The position numbers were made by a program, and so were the translations under genes. From Candidatus Shapirobacteria bacterium (GTDB lineage: Bacteria; Patescibacteriota; Microgenomatia; UBA12405), in assembly GCA_016188545.1 (NCBI GenBank), contig JACPHO010000001.1, forward strand, positions 14,249-78,248: a stretch of DNA of 64,000 nt, read 5' to 3'. The stretch's first letter is position 1. The number at the start of each line of letters is the position of its first letter. Shown in pieces: positions 1 to 8,060 of this stretch. The notes under the pieces were generated by a model. The model searched no databases. It was not told where the DNA came from and was given only the letters and a program-made list of their open reading frames with translations.

Positions 1-112
1 GATGGCAATTCTTTTGTTAGGGGACCACTAAAACGTCAACTCATCAAACAATATTTTGATAGTATTTCTACAACCGGTGTTACTAAAGATTATTTTTGGG
101 GTACACTAACTT

Positions 113-1888
113 ATGAGTGAAAAAATTAACCTTTCCCATTTAGATATTCCCTCCACTACTCCATTAGTTACTCCATCCCTTCCACCAACCAAAACTTTTC
201 CTCGTATCCCACTCGCCGTCACCATTCCTATTATAGTTCTCATGTTTTTTGCCACATTTACCTATGCCTTCAACCTTGGTAAAAATACCAATCCTCCTAT
301 CGTCCAAGCACCTACCCCCACTTCTTACCCCCAAGTTTCTCCCACCCAATATGTTTCACCACCAACCCCCACTGGCATCTCATTAAATTTATCGACACTC
401 AATCCGGGAAATATTACCTGGCTCCAATTCCCCACACCTGCCAGTCTTGATGTATATCAAAAACCCGATGCTCAGGGATATATCGGTAATAGCAACATCA
501 TCTATAAGGACATCAAGTATCTCCAGGTAGGCAACTTTTCCGATGGCTCCAAGCTTATCAATGCCATGGTTCCTTCCGAAGGAATGGGTATTTGGTATCA
601 TGTTGAACATTTTGTTACGACTCCACAGGGAACTATCTATATGATTACCCCGGGTAAAAACATTACTTCCTATAACAATCCCACCGTCTATCTCAAGCCT
701 GAAGTAAAGTTTACCGACTTAAAGATTCCCGGACTCGAATCTCCCGATATTATTAGTACCGACAAAGGGGACTTCGGTTCTACTACCTTTTTTATGGATA
801 ACACCATCTCTTTTACCGAACTAAAAAATCCTGAACAAGTTATCGACACTCCCTACGGTCGTATATATAGTGTCTACACCGATTCTTCAAAAGATTTAAA
901 CATCACCATCGATGGTGGTATCTATGACCGCAAGTTTTGGCTTCGTCTCAAAGACGATACCGTCCGTGGTTATGAATTATCAATCAAGTTTATAACCGAT
1001 GATAAAATCCCCAAAATTACTTGGGACGATGGCACCTCCAACACCATAGCTTTCGATGCCGGCTTCGGAGGTAAGTGTGGTTCAAACTTTGCCAAACTTT
1101 TCCGAGGTAATACCCCAATGAACAGTCAATTTAGTAAAGTAGGTACAAATTCTCTTGGCGAGCCTGTCTACGCCATCAGTGATAAGTCCCATCCAGTCTA
1201 TAAACGAATCTATGACGGGCTCGACGTTAGTGCCCGACCCGATATGGACACCTTCCTTAAGCGTCACAATCACTTCATCTGGCAAGAGCCACTAGGTGAC
1301 TGGTGGTTATTTATCAGTACAGAGAACATTATTCAGGCCGAATGCGCCAAGCCGGTAGTCTATCTTTATCCTCAAAAAGATACTGTCGTTAATGTTCGTG
1401 TCGGTGCGCAAGTTACCGAGTCAGAACCACTTTACCCCAGTAATGGTTGGAACGTCTTAGCTCACCCAAATAGCCAGCTGGAATATCAAGGTAACACCTA
1501 TCCCAATTTATTTTGGGAGGGGACGGGCAACGGTATTTATCCCAACAAAGATAACTACGGTTTCGTCGTTTCCCAGTCAGAGTTAGTTTCTACTCTAAAA
1601 TCCCAACTGGCTCAGTTAGGACTTAATCCCCAAGAATCGGCAGATTTTATGGAGTTTTGGCAACCAAAGCTACCCACTAGTCCTTATGTAAGATTAACTT
1701 GGCTTAATACAGCTGATATGGACCGGCTCGCGCCTTTGACTGTATCACCACGACCAGATACTTCTATTAGAATATTTTTAGATTTTGCTCCACTTGATCA
1801 ACCAATTAGTCTAATTCCTCAAGAACTATCATCTCCAGCACGCCAAGGATTCACTTTAGTGGAGTGGGGTGGGTTATTAGTGAAATAA
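113..1888 (+). CDS. hypothetical membrane-anchored protein with Pro/Thr-rich linker
   Basis: 591-aa ORF; N-terminal hydrophobic helix (IPLAVTIPIIVLMFFATFTYAF) followed by a P/T/S-rich low-complexity stretch; no recognisable catalytic motif. Confidence 0.45.
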   Translation: MSEKINLSHLDIPSTTPLVTPSLPPTKTFPRIPLAVTIPIIVLMFFATFTYAFNLGKNTNPPIVQAPTPTSYPQVSPTQYVSPPTPTGISLNLSTLNPGNITWLQFPTPASLDVYQKPDAQGYIGNSNIIYKDIKYLQVGNFSDGSKLINAMVPSEGMGIWYHVEHFVTTPQGTIYMITPGKNITSYNNPTVYLKPEVKFTDLKIPGLESPDIISTDKGDFGSTTFFMDNTISFTELKNPEQVIDTPYGRIYSVYTDSSKDLNITIDGGIYDRKFWLRLKDDTVRGYELSIKFITDDKIPKITWDDGTSNTIAFDAGFGGKCGSNFAKLFRGNTPMNSQFSKVGTNSLGEPVYAISDKSHPVYKRIYDGLDVSARPDMDTFLKRHNHFIWQEPLGDWWLFISTENIIQAECAKPVVYLYPQKDTVVNVRVGAQVTESEPLYPSNGWNVLAHPNSQLEYQGNTYPNLFWEGTGNGIYPNKDNYGFVVSQSELVSTLKSQLAQLGLNPQESADFMEFWQPKLPTSPYVRLTWLNTADMDRLAPLTVSPRPDTSIRIFLDFAPLDQPISLIPQELSSPARQGFTLVEWGGLLVK

Positions 1889-1889
1889 T

Positions 1890-2096
1890 CTAGGTCAAAT
1901 CCGCTCTGTTAATGGCTGGAGCAACTCTTTCCGCGACACCTATTACTTCAGCCCCAAAAAGCAAAGTGCATCCGCGACATTCAGGTAAGGTACCGCAATC
2001 TTTTAAGGCTGGATTTAATGCCCTAGCTTGCTGATCATGCATAGCGGCAGTACTTACTGCTTGTCCCGCAGCTAACATCTCATGCATGGATTTCAT
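1890..2096 (-). CDS. small hypothetical protein with CxxxxxCxxC motif
   Basis: 68-aa ORF; motif CGTLPECRGC; weak resemblance to small redox/DUF1858-like proteins; uncertain. Confidence 0.25.
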   Translation of the reverse strand: MKSMHEMLAAGQAVSTAAMHDQQARALNPALKDCGTLPECRGCTLLFGAEVIGVAERVAPAINRADLT

Positions 2097-2184
2097 TTCA
2101 CCAGAGTGAGATTTTATATTACACGTAGTAAATATTTAGTCGCTATATATTTGTTTTTCCTTCGGGCAAGTTAAGACAGGAAGT

Positions 2185-2253
2185 AAACCTAGAAATGAAT
2201 TAAAATTACGCATCAAAGGGTCCTTAGTTCTTTGACTGTGACCCGGTAGCCCG
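2185..2253. repeat. direct repeat copy 1 (3' end of GIY-YIG ORF + 5' part of tRNA-Cys), degenerate
   Basis: aaacctagaaatgaattaaaattacgcatcaaag...ttctttgactgtgacccggtag recurs at 2510-2578, about 325 bp downstream; weaker homology continues further upstream (ttcgggcaag vs ttctgagcaag). Confidence 0.6.
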
Positions 2254-2302
2254 GCCAAGCCGGGTACAGCGGTCTTCATTTTGAAATCCGATATCTGACT
2301 GT

Positions 2303-2560
2303 ATGTACTATACGTATGTGCTAAAAAGCCTTAAAGATGGAAAACTTTATACAGGATATACTTCAGATTTAGAAAAACGTTTTACACAACATTGCACAGG
2401 ATTAGTTAAGTCGACGTGTAACCGCCGACCCCTTAAAATAATTTATTATCAAGCTTTCATTTCTGAGCAAGATGCAAGAAATGAGGAAAAGTATTTAAAG
2501 TCTGGATCTAAACCTAGAAATGAATTAAAATTACGCATCAAAGAATCCCTTATTCTTTGA
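2303..2560 (+). CDS. GIY-YIG nuclease domain protein (small stand-alone)
   Basis: 85 aa; N-terminal YTYVLKS...GKLYTGYTSDLEKRFTQH matches the GIY-YIG motif (GIY...YIG...R...H). Confidence 0.75.
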   Translation: MYYTYVLKSLKDGKLYTGYTSDLEKRFTQHCTGLVKSTCNRRPLKIIYYQAFISEQDARNEEKYLKSGSKPRNELKLRIKESLIL

Positions 2561-2578
2561 CTGTGACCCGGTAGTAAA
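2510..2578. repeat. direct repeat copy 2 (overlaps GIY-YIG 3' end and tRNA-Cys 5' end)
   Basis: near-identical to 2185-2253. Confidence 0.6.
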
Positions 2579-2635
2579 GCGGTTATACAGCGGTCTGCAA
2601 AACCGTTTAGGCGGGTTCAACTCCCGCCCGGGTCT
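2565..2635 (+). tRNA. tRNA-Cys (GCA)
   Basis: acceptor gacccgg/ccgggtc; D-loop AAAGCGGUUAU as in bacterial tRNA-Cys; anticodon stem gcggt/accgt with loop cuGCAaa; T-arm gcggg-TTCAACT-cccgc; discriminator U; no encoded CCA. Confidence 0.7.
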
Positions 2636-2637
2636 CA

Positions 2638-3131
2638 CTATATTTTCTTTGGTATCTCCAGTAATTCTTTTTCCCATAGTTTCTGCGTCTCGTCAAACAA
2701 ATATCCTCCTGCGACATTTTTACCATTCAGTACTAATGGCAACCAATCCCTGTCATCATCCCACATCAGATCATAGGGTATCTCGTCAAATTTAAACCAT
2801 TTTGGAGCCATTTCCTCACTCTCTACCGGCTCTCCCTCCCAGTTCGTTGCCAAAAAGACAATTACTCTTTGACTCCACTCTGGTTTGTCATCGAAGTAAA
2901 AATCAATAGCCCCCACTTTCTCTAACTCTGTAGCAGTTACCCCTACTTCCTCCATCAATTCTCTTTTAGCTGCCTCTTCAATACTTTCGCCATCATTCTT
3001 CTTTCCCCTGCTCCATTCCATTTTCCTTTGCCAAAACCCCGCTTCTTCATCGCCAAAAGTATTTCGTTATCTTTCACCAAAAATACTATCGTCGCCTGCC
3101 GGAGGTCGGGGTATCTTCTTCGATTATCCAA
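2638..3131 (-). pseudogene. NUDIX hydrolase, frameshifted (N-terminal part in a different frame)
   Basis: Frame A (2638-3021) encodes the Nudix box GESIEEAAKRELMEEVGV onward but has no in-frame start; an adjacent frame upstream encodes TIVFLVKDNEILLAMKKRGFGKGKW (typical Nudix N-terminal strands) starting from a TTG near 3129-3131; the frames meet around 3016-3018. Confidence 0.5.
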
Positions 3132-3171
3132 AAGGTTTATTACTTATTTTAGACCTCTCCAATCAATTATC

Positions 3172-3381
3172 CTATTCGCGTGGTAGGTTATCCGCTAGGG
3201 ACTGGATACTTACAATTCTGGTTAGGGGCATACTGCATATAGGACAGCTCTCATTCGGTACAATCTGTCTAATTTTCATCAACTTAACTTTTTCTGGCGA
3301 CTCGGCCTCAGTTGTGGTTGTTATTGTACCGGTGCATGCTTCAGCACCAAAATGACCTATTGTCACCATATATTTAGGCAT
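3172..3381 (-). CDS. small zinc-ribbon-like hypothetical protein
   Basis: 69 aa; CPIC plus upstream C..C/H; uncertain. Confidence 0.25.
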   Translation of the reverse strand: MPKYMVTIGHFGAEACTGTITTTTEAESPEKVKLMKIRQIVPNESCPICSMPLTRIVSIQSLADNLPRE

Positions 3382-3397
3382 AGGATCGTATTATACC

Positions 3398-4096
3398 CTA
3401 ATATCCACCGACTTTGTACTTTTGTTCACTCATCTCAAATTTATCACCCATCGCCATGTCGAGACTCTCCAACACTCCATCAAATAAATCAGCACGTTCC
3501 TCAATCTCTCTTCTAGTCATCCAAACATTTTTTCCACCCTCAAAATCGGCGACCAGCTCTCCTTTGATTTGGGTCACAGATATTACCCAAAAGTATTTGT
3601 CTTCAAGAATATTTCCTTCCTGGTCATAGTCCATTTTATGCTTAATACCAGCTATTTTAAATTCCCCATCCAAGTCTGTTTCTTCTATCAATTCTCTTCT
3701 TGCTCCTTCCAATATTGTCTCCCCCCACTTTAATTTCCCGGTTACAAATCCCCAAAATCCATAATATGGTTGCTTCAATCTTTGCTGGAGTAGATAAAGT
3801 CTTTTTGACCCGATCCGTTTTGACACCACAATTAGTACCGCCACTTTTGCTTGTTTCTCAACCTCGTTCTCTTCCGTATCAAATCTATTTGCAAACTCTT
3901 TTCCTTTTGCAGTCAAACTGTATTTTGTATCAATTTTAGTCAATAGTTTCCAGTTTGCTAATTGCCTAATATGGAAACTAAATAGGTCGGTGCTTATTTT
4001 TTTCTTATTAAGTTGACCAAAGCCAGCACTAGTTACAAATAATAATTCCCTCAATATTCCTGCCTGTATTGGGTGAACATCAAAATCTTTGATCAT
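3398..4096 (-). CDS. winged-helix DNA-binding domain fused to NUDIX hydrolase domain
   Basis: 232 aa; N-terminal HTH-like segment; C-terminal Nudix box GETILEGARRELIEETDL. Confidence 0.6.
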   Translation of the reverse strand: MIKDFDVHPIQAGILRELLFVTSAGFGQLNKKKISTDLFSFHIRQLANWKLLTKIDTKYSLTAKGKEFANRFDTEENEVEKQAKVAVLIVVSKRIGSKRLYLLQQRLKQPYYGFWGFVTGKLKWGETILEGARRELIEETDLDGEFKIAGIKHKMDYDQEGNILEDKYFWVISVTQIKGELVADFEGGKNVWMTRREIEERADLFDGVLESLDMAMGDKFEMSEQKYKVGGY

Positions 4097-4145
4097 GCCC
4101 GATTGTCACCCAATACCCTCAGTTGGTCAAGTGAAACCAGATTAA

Positions 4146-4361
4146 CTAACTATTTTCGGCGTAAATTATTGTCACCTCAGGATGTTTTTCTGGTTCTTTT
4201 AGTACTGCCAGCAGTTGCATTAACGCGTTATACACCAGCCCGGATGTTACCCTGGTCGTCGGTACCTCTGCTACCTCAGTATTGGTAGATTCCGCCACCA
4301 TTGTTGACGCCTGCCTCTTATGTGGCCAGTTTATGGATTTATCAAGTGCACATGGCTCCAT
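4146..4361 (-). CDS. hypothetical protein
   Basis: 71-aa ORF downstream of the sigma/anti-sigma pair; no motif. Confidence 0.2.
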   Translation of the reverse strand: MEPCALDKSINWPHKRQASTMVAESTNTEVAEVPTTRVTSGLVYNALMQLLAVLKEPEKHPEVTIIYAENS

Positions 4362-4378
4362 TAGCTAAGTCCCAAGAA

Positions 4379-4627
4379 TTATTTGACTGCTTCCTCCAGT
4401 TCTACTTCCCTAACTGCTGGCATTTCCGCAGTGACATATATTCCCATCATACTTCGCCCAGCATCATTTAATTGTTCGACTGGAATCTGTCTTCTTCCCC
4501 AAGTAACTATTTTTGGTTCACCTTCAATAAAAGTAAGTGCCGGTTTTTCTTGCCACAGTCTCATTTTTGTTTCTCTCCAAATTGGTGCAGGTCCGCTCAT
4601 TATTTTCTCAAAACCATGAATGTCCAA
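4379..4627 (-). CDS. hypothetical protein
   Basis: 82-aa ORF; no motif. Confidence 0.25.
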   Translation of the reverse strand: MDIHGFEKIMSGPAPIWRETKMRLWQEKPALTFIEGEPKIVTWGRRQIPVEQLNDAGRSMMGIYVTAEMPAVREVELEEAVK

Positions 4628-4938
4628 TAAGCTAGGTATCCCAAGAGTACTGCTTGAATTCCAATAGCTGCAGTGAACACATTTCCAGTGACTAGTACTA
4701 TTCGACCATATTTAAGTAGGTCATAAATAACTCGTAAAATAACGTAAAATATCATAGGGATCATAGCTGTCAAGCTGATTAAAAAAATCTGCGATTTATC
4801 TTCTTCGTCCCTGATTTTTTTAATCGTCAAGTAAGGGCGGTAGTAAAGATTGTATAAATTCCGACCCAAAAAATAGACTTGCCTAACGCAAATCAGAATC
4901 CACAACTGCCACAGTTTCTTTAGCCTTTTTACGATCAT
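4600..4938 (-). CDS. small membrane protein, putative anti-sigma factor
   Basis: 112 aa; two predicted TM helices; immediately downstream of and overlapping the ECF sigma factor gene. Confidence 0.35.
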   Translation of the reverse strand: MIVKRLKKLWQLWILICVRQVYFLGRNLYNLYYRPYLTIKKIRDEEDKSQIFLISLTAMIPMIFYVILRVIYDLLKYGRIVLVTGNVFTAAIGIQAVLLGYLAYWTFMVLRK

Positions 4939-5419
4939 ATATCCATAGCCGTTGGAATTCCTTTTTTGCTCTTATCAACTTCGACTCAACCGACTTAATA
5001 CTGGTTGCAGTCATCTGGGCAATTTTGGCAATTTTCCAACCGTCTACGTACTTTAGTCGCAGTAATTTTGAATATCCTGCCTTCATCTCCATCAGGGTAT
5101 TTTCAATTTCACTTTTCAGTTCATTTTTTAATACATCTCTTTCGGGTGACAGCGCCTTATCGGCAATTTCCTCAAATATAGGGCTAGCCGAAAACAATAC
5201 CGTTTTCAATTTCTTTTTACGGTAATGGTCGATGACTTTGTGTTTGGCAATAGAACAGATAAACGAAAATTCTGAGCATCTTCCACCAAAACTCGGCATT
5301 GACTCAATAGCGTTCATCAACACATCATTTGTCAATTCATCCACAACCCCCTCATCATCAATCTTCCGGCTGATAAATCCCCGTATCCCTTTGTAGTACT
5401 TTTGGTACAGATCCTCCAT
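4883..5419 (-). CDS. RNA polymerase sigma-70 family (ECF-type) sigma factor
   Basis: 178 aa; region 2-like (DELTNDVLMNAI..., HKVIDHYRKKK) and region 4 HTH (KIAKIAQMTATSIKSVESKLIRAKK). Confidence 0.7.
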   Translation of the reverse strand: MEDLYQKYYKGIRGFISRKIDDEGVVDELTNDVLMNAIESMPSFGGRCSEFSFICSIAKHKVIDHYRKKKLKTVLFSASPIFEEIADKALSPERDVLKNELKSEIENTLMEMKAGYSKLLRLKYVDGWKIAKIAQMTATSIKSVESKLIRAKKEFQRLWIYDRKKAKETVAVVDSDLR

Positions 5420-5457
5420 AGTATCGATACTTTACCATAATTAATCTATACTAAATT

Positions 5458-6246
5458 ATGCTCTTCCGAAGATCTCCGCATGCCCTGGAAAAACTATCCA
5501 AAGAACTAAGGCAACTCATGCTTGATACTACCTATATTGCCGGTTCAGCTCATATCGGTGGTGCCCTCTCGGTACTCGACATAATTGTTGCCCTATATAA
5601 TTCTCCTGACCTGAACTTTGAAAAAGACCATTTTATACTTTCAGCCGGTCACCTCTGCTTGGCCCACTACGCCGTCCTTTCAAAAATTCATCATATATCC
5701 GAAAAACAACTTCAAACCTTCACTCAACTGGGATCCATCTTTCAGGGCCATGAATCTACTGATGTTCCAGGCGTTGAGTTTAGCTCTGGTAGCTTAGGTC
5801 AGGGATTATCTTTTGCGGCCGGTTTAGCCTTGGGTGACAAAGATAGTCATGTCGTTTGCGTCACCTCCGATGGTGAACATAATGAAGGTCAGATCTGGGA
5901 AGCTCTTATGTTTGCCAACAAGTATCATTTAGGTAACATTATTAATGTGGTTGACTATAACGGTATTCAGATTGATGGTAAGACTGAAGACATCATGCCT
6001 CTTGGTGAACTAGCCGCCAAATATCTTCGCTTCGGTTGGACTGTGACTACGGTCGATGGTCATGATTTTACCTCCCTTCTAAAAACTATCAAGCAAGCCA
6101 AAAATTCAACAATTTATCCTGCCTGTATCATTGCCAAAACTACCTTTGGTAAGGGAATTTCTTATATGGAAAACAATTCCGAATATCATCACATAAAAAA
6201 CCTTTCAGACAAACTTTATCAACTAGGGTTGGAGGAGCTATCTTAG
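5458..6246 (+). CDS. transketolase, N-terminal (TPP-binding) subunit
   Basis: 262 aa; GGALSVLD, GHLCLAHYAVL, SDGEHNEGQIWEA motifs; split-type transketolase. Confidence 0.85.
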   Translation: MLFRRSPHALEKLSKELRQLMLDTTYIAGSAHIGGALSVLDIIVALYNSPDLNFEKDHFILSAGHLCLAHYAVLSKIHHISEKQLQTFTQLGSIFQGHESTDVPGVEFSSGSLGQGLSFAAGLALGDKDSHVVCVTSDGEHNEGQIWEALMFANKYHLGNIINVVDYNGIQIDGKTEDIMPLGELAAKYLRFGWTVTTVDGHDFTSLLKTIKQAKNSTIYPACIIAKTTFGKGISYMENNSEYHHIKNLSDKLYQLGLEELS

Positions 6247-6269
6247 TTTTTATTCATACATCATAAATC

Positions 6270-7199
6270 ATGAGTCATATATCCCACAACCAAGCCTCCA
6301 TCCGTCAGTCGTTTGGAGACACTATCTACGAACTTGGATCGATTATGCCCGATCTCTATGTAGTTAGCATGGATCTACGTGAATCCATGAGGTTAACCCG
6401 ATTCGCCAATAAGTTTCGTTCTCGTTTTATCGAATGCGGTGTCTCTGAAAACAACGCTGCGGGTGTCGCTGCTGGCTTGGCAAAAGCTGGTAAGACAGTT
6501 TTTCTTGCTTCCTTCGCCTGTTTTTCTCCTGGTGTCAACTGGGGTACAATTCGTGAATCAATTTGTTACAACAATGCTAATGTCAAAATTGTTGGAGGTT
6601 ATGCTGGTTTAATGGCAGGAGTTCTCGGGGCCACTCATCAAATGTTGGAGGATATTTCTCTCGTCAGAGCCCTACCAAATATGGAAGTTTTTTCACCCGT
6701 TGATGCTACGGAAACTGCCAAGATTGTTAAGGCAATCGCTCGCACCAAGTCACCTGCCTATCTTCGAATTGTAGCTCCAGAGACACCATTAGTTTTTCCT
6801 CCACATCTCTCGTTCACTATTGGAAAGTCGAACGTCTTAAAAAAAGGTCGGGACATAACTATTATTGGTCACGGTCCTATTTTGACATCAGCCTTTACCA
6901 TCAACAAACCATCACTTGAAATTATCAACTGTTCATCAATCAAGCCTTTAGATGAAAAAACCATCCTAGCAAGCATCAAGAAAACCGGTCGTTGTATTGT
7001 CATCGAGGATCATCAAAAAAATGGTGGGCTAGGGGAGGCCGTCGCCTCGGCTATTCTCTCGTCTGAAGTAAAGTGTAAGTTCGCCCATCTGGCAGTCGAC
7101 AATCACTTCGGTCAGTCCGGCAAGGATTATCATCAACTATATTCCCATTATCATATAGGTCAAAAGAACCTAGAAAACGCTATTAAAAAAATCCTATGA
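6270..7199 (+). CDS. transketolase, C-terminal subunit
   Basis: 309 aa; transketolase pyrimidine-binding/C-terminal domains; follows the N-terminal subunit gene. Confidence 0.85.
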   Translation: MSHISHNQASIRQSFGDTIYELGSIMPDLYVVSMDLRESMRLTRFANKFRSRFIECGVSENNAAGVAAGLAKAGKTVFLASFACFSPGVNWGTIRESICYNNANVKIVGGYAGLMAGVLGATHQMLEDISLVRALPNMEVFSPVDATETAKIVKAIARTKSPAYLRIVAPETPLVFPPHLSFTIGKSNVLKKGRDITIIGHGPILTSAFTINKPSLEIINCSSIKPLDEKTILASIKKTGRCIVIEDHQKNGGLGEAVASAILSSEVKCKFAHLAVDNHFGQSGKDYHQLYSHYHIGQKNLENAIKKIL

Positions 7200-8026
7200 A
7201 CACGCTAAAAGAACAATTAACGCACTACAAAAATGAACACCGTGCCATGCCCTCTTTTAATATCGATTCTTTCGAGATTTTCCAGGCCGTAGAACATGCT
7301 GTCAAAGAAACTAGTCTCCCTTGTCTAGTCCAATTATCGGCCAACGAAGACAAATTTATCGAGGCCGAAAAACTATTTCTGTTAGTCAAAAAAGCCCAGC
7401 TCGAAGGCTTACCAATCTATCTGAATATGGATCACGGTAAAGATCTTCCTCGGTTATCTAAACTAGTCCAACTGGGTTTTGATATGGTCCATTTCGATGG
7501 GTCAGCTCTTCCATATCAAGAAAATCTGTCTGCAGCAACCTCGTTTATAAAAACACTTAAATCTACTCATCCAAATATCTTGGTAGAGGTTGAGTTTAAC
7601 CACATCAATTTACTTGAGGATGGAGTTGATCCAAAAAGTTTTACCGACCCCAGTCAAGCTGTAGAGTTTATGCAGACATCTGGCGCCGACCTATTAGCCG
7701 CTTCTATCGGCAATCTTCATGGCGCTAGTACCACCCTCCCCGAGAATGTCGACTTGGACTTACTTAAAACAATCACCTCTCTTCTTCCAGATAAGTTTTT
7801 TACTCTCCACGGCGGTTCTGGTATATCTACTGAGCAAGTTGCCGCTGCCATCGATCTGGGAATAGTTAAGATAAACATCAACACCGATCTCCGACAGCAG
7901 TTCAAAAGATCGCTAAAGTCAGCTATGGATACTATCAACTCTGAAAAGCTTTACGATTATTTTTATCCGGTTATTGATGCAGTCAAGTTAGTTGCGACAA
8001 ATAAACTTATCCAGTTTTCTCAATAG
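7196..8026 (+). CDS. fba: class II fructose-bisphosphate (ketose-bisphosphate) aldolase
   Basis: 276 aa; MDHGKD, HFDGS, LHGGSGIS motifs; ATGA overlap with the upstream gene. Confidence 0.8.
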   Translation: MNTLKEQLTHYKNEHRAMPSFNIDSFEIFQAVEHAVKETSLPCLVQLSANEDKFIEAEKLFLLVKKAQLEGLPIYLNMDHGKDLPRLSKLVQLGFDMVHFDGSALPYQENLSAATSFIKTLKSTHPNILVEVEFNHINLLEDGVDPKSFTDPSQAVEFMQTSGADLLAASIGNLHGASTTLPENVDLDLLKTITSLLPDKFFTLHGGSGISTEQVAAAIDLGIVKININTDLRQQFKRSLKSAMDTINSEKLYDYFYPVIDAVKLVATNKLIQFSQ

Positions 8027-8060
8027 TTACCATATTGTCTTTGTGCATTACAATTAATCT

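Noticed and set aside
1890-2096. Assigning the 68-aa CxxC ORF to DUF1858
   Set aside because: The resemblance is weak and the motif order does not align cleanly, so it is kept as hypothetical.
2243-2300. tRNA-like sequence upstream of the GIY-YIG gene (gacccggtagcccggccaagccgggtacagcggtct...)
   Set aside because: It shares only the 5' acceptor, D-region and anticodon-stem start with tRNA-Cys and lacks an anticodon loop, T-arm and 3' acceptor. It is interpreted as a duplicated 5' fragment, not a gene.
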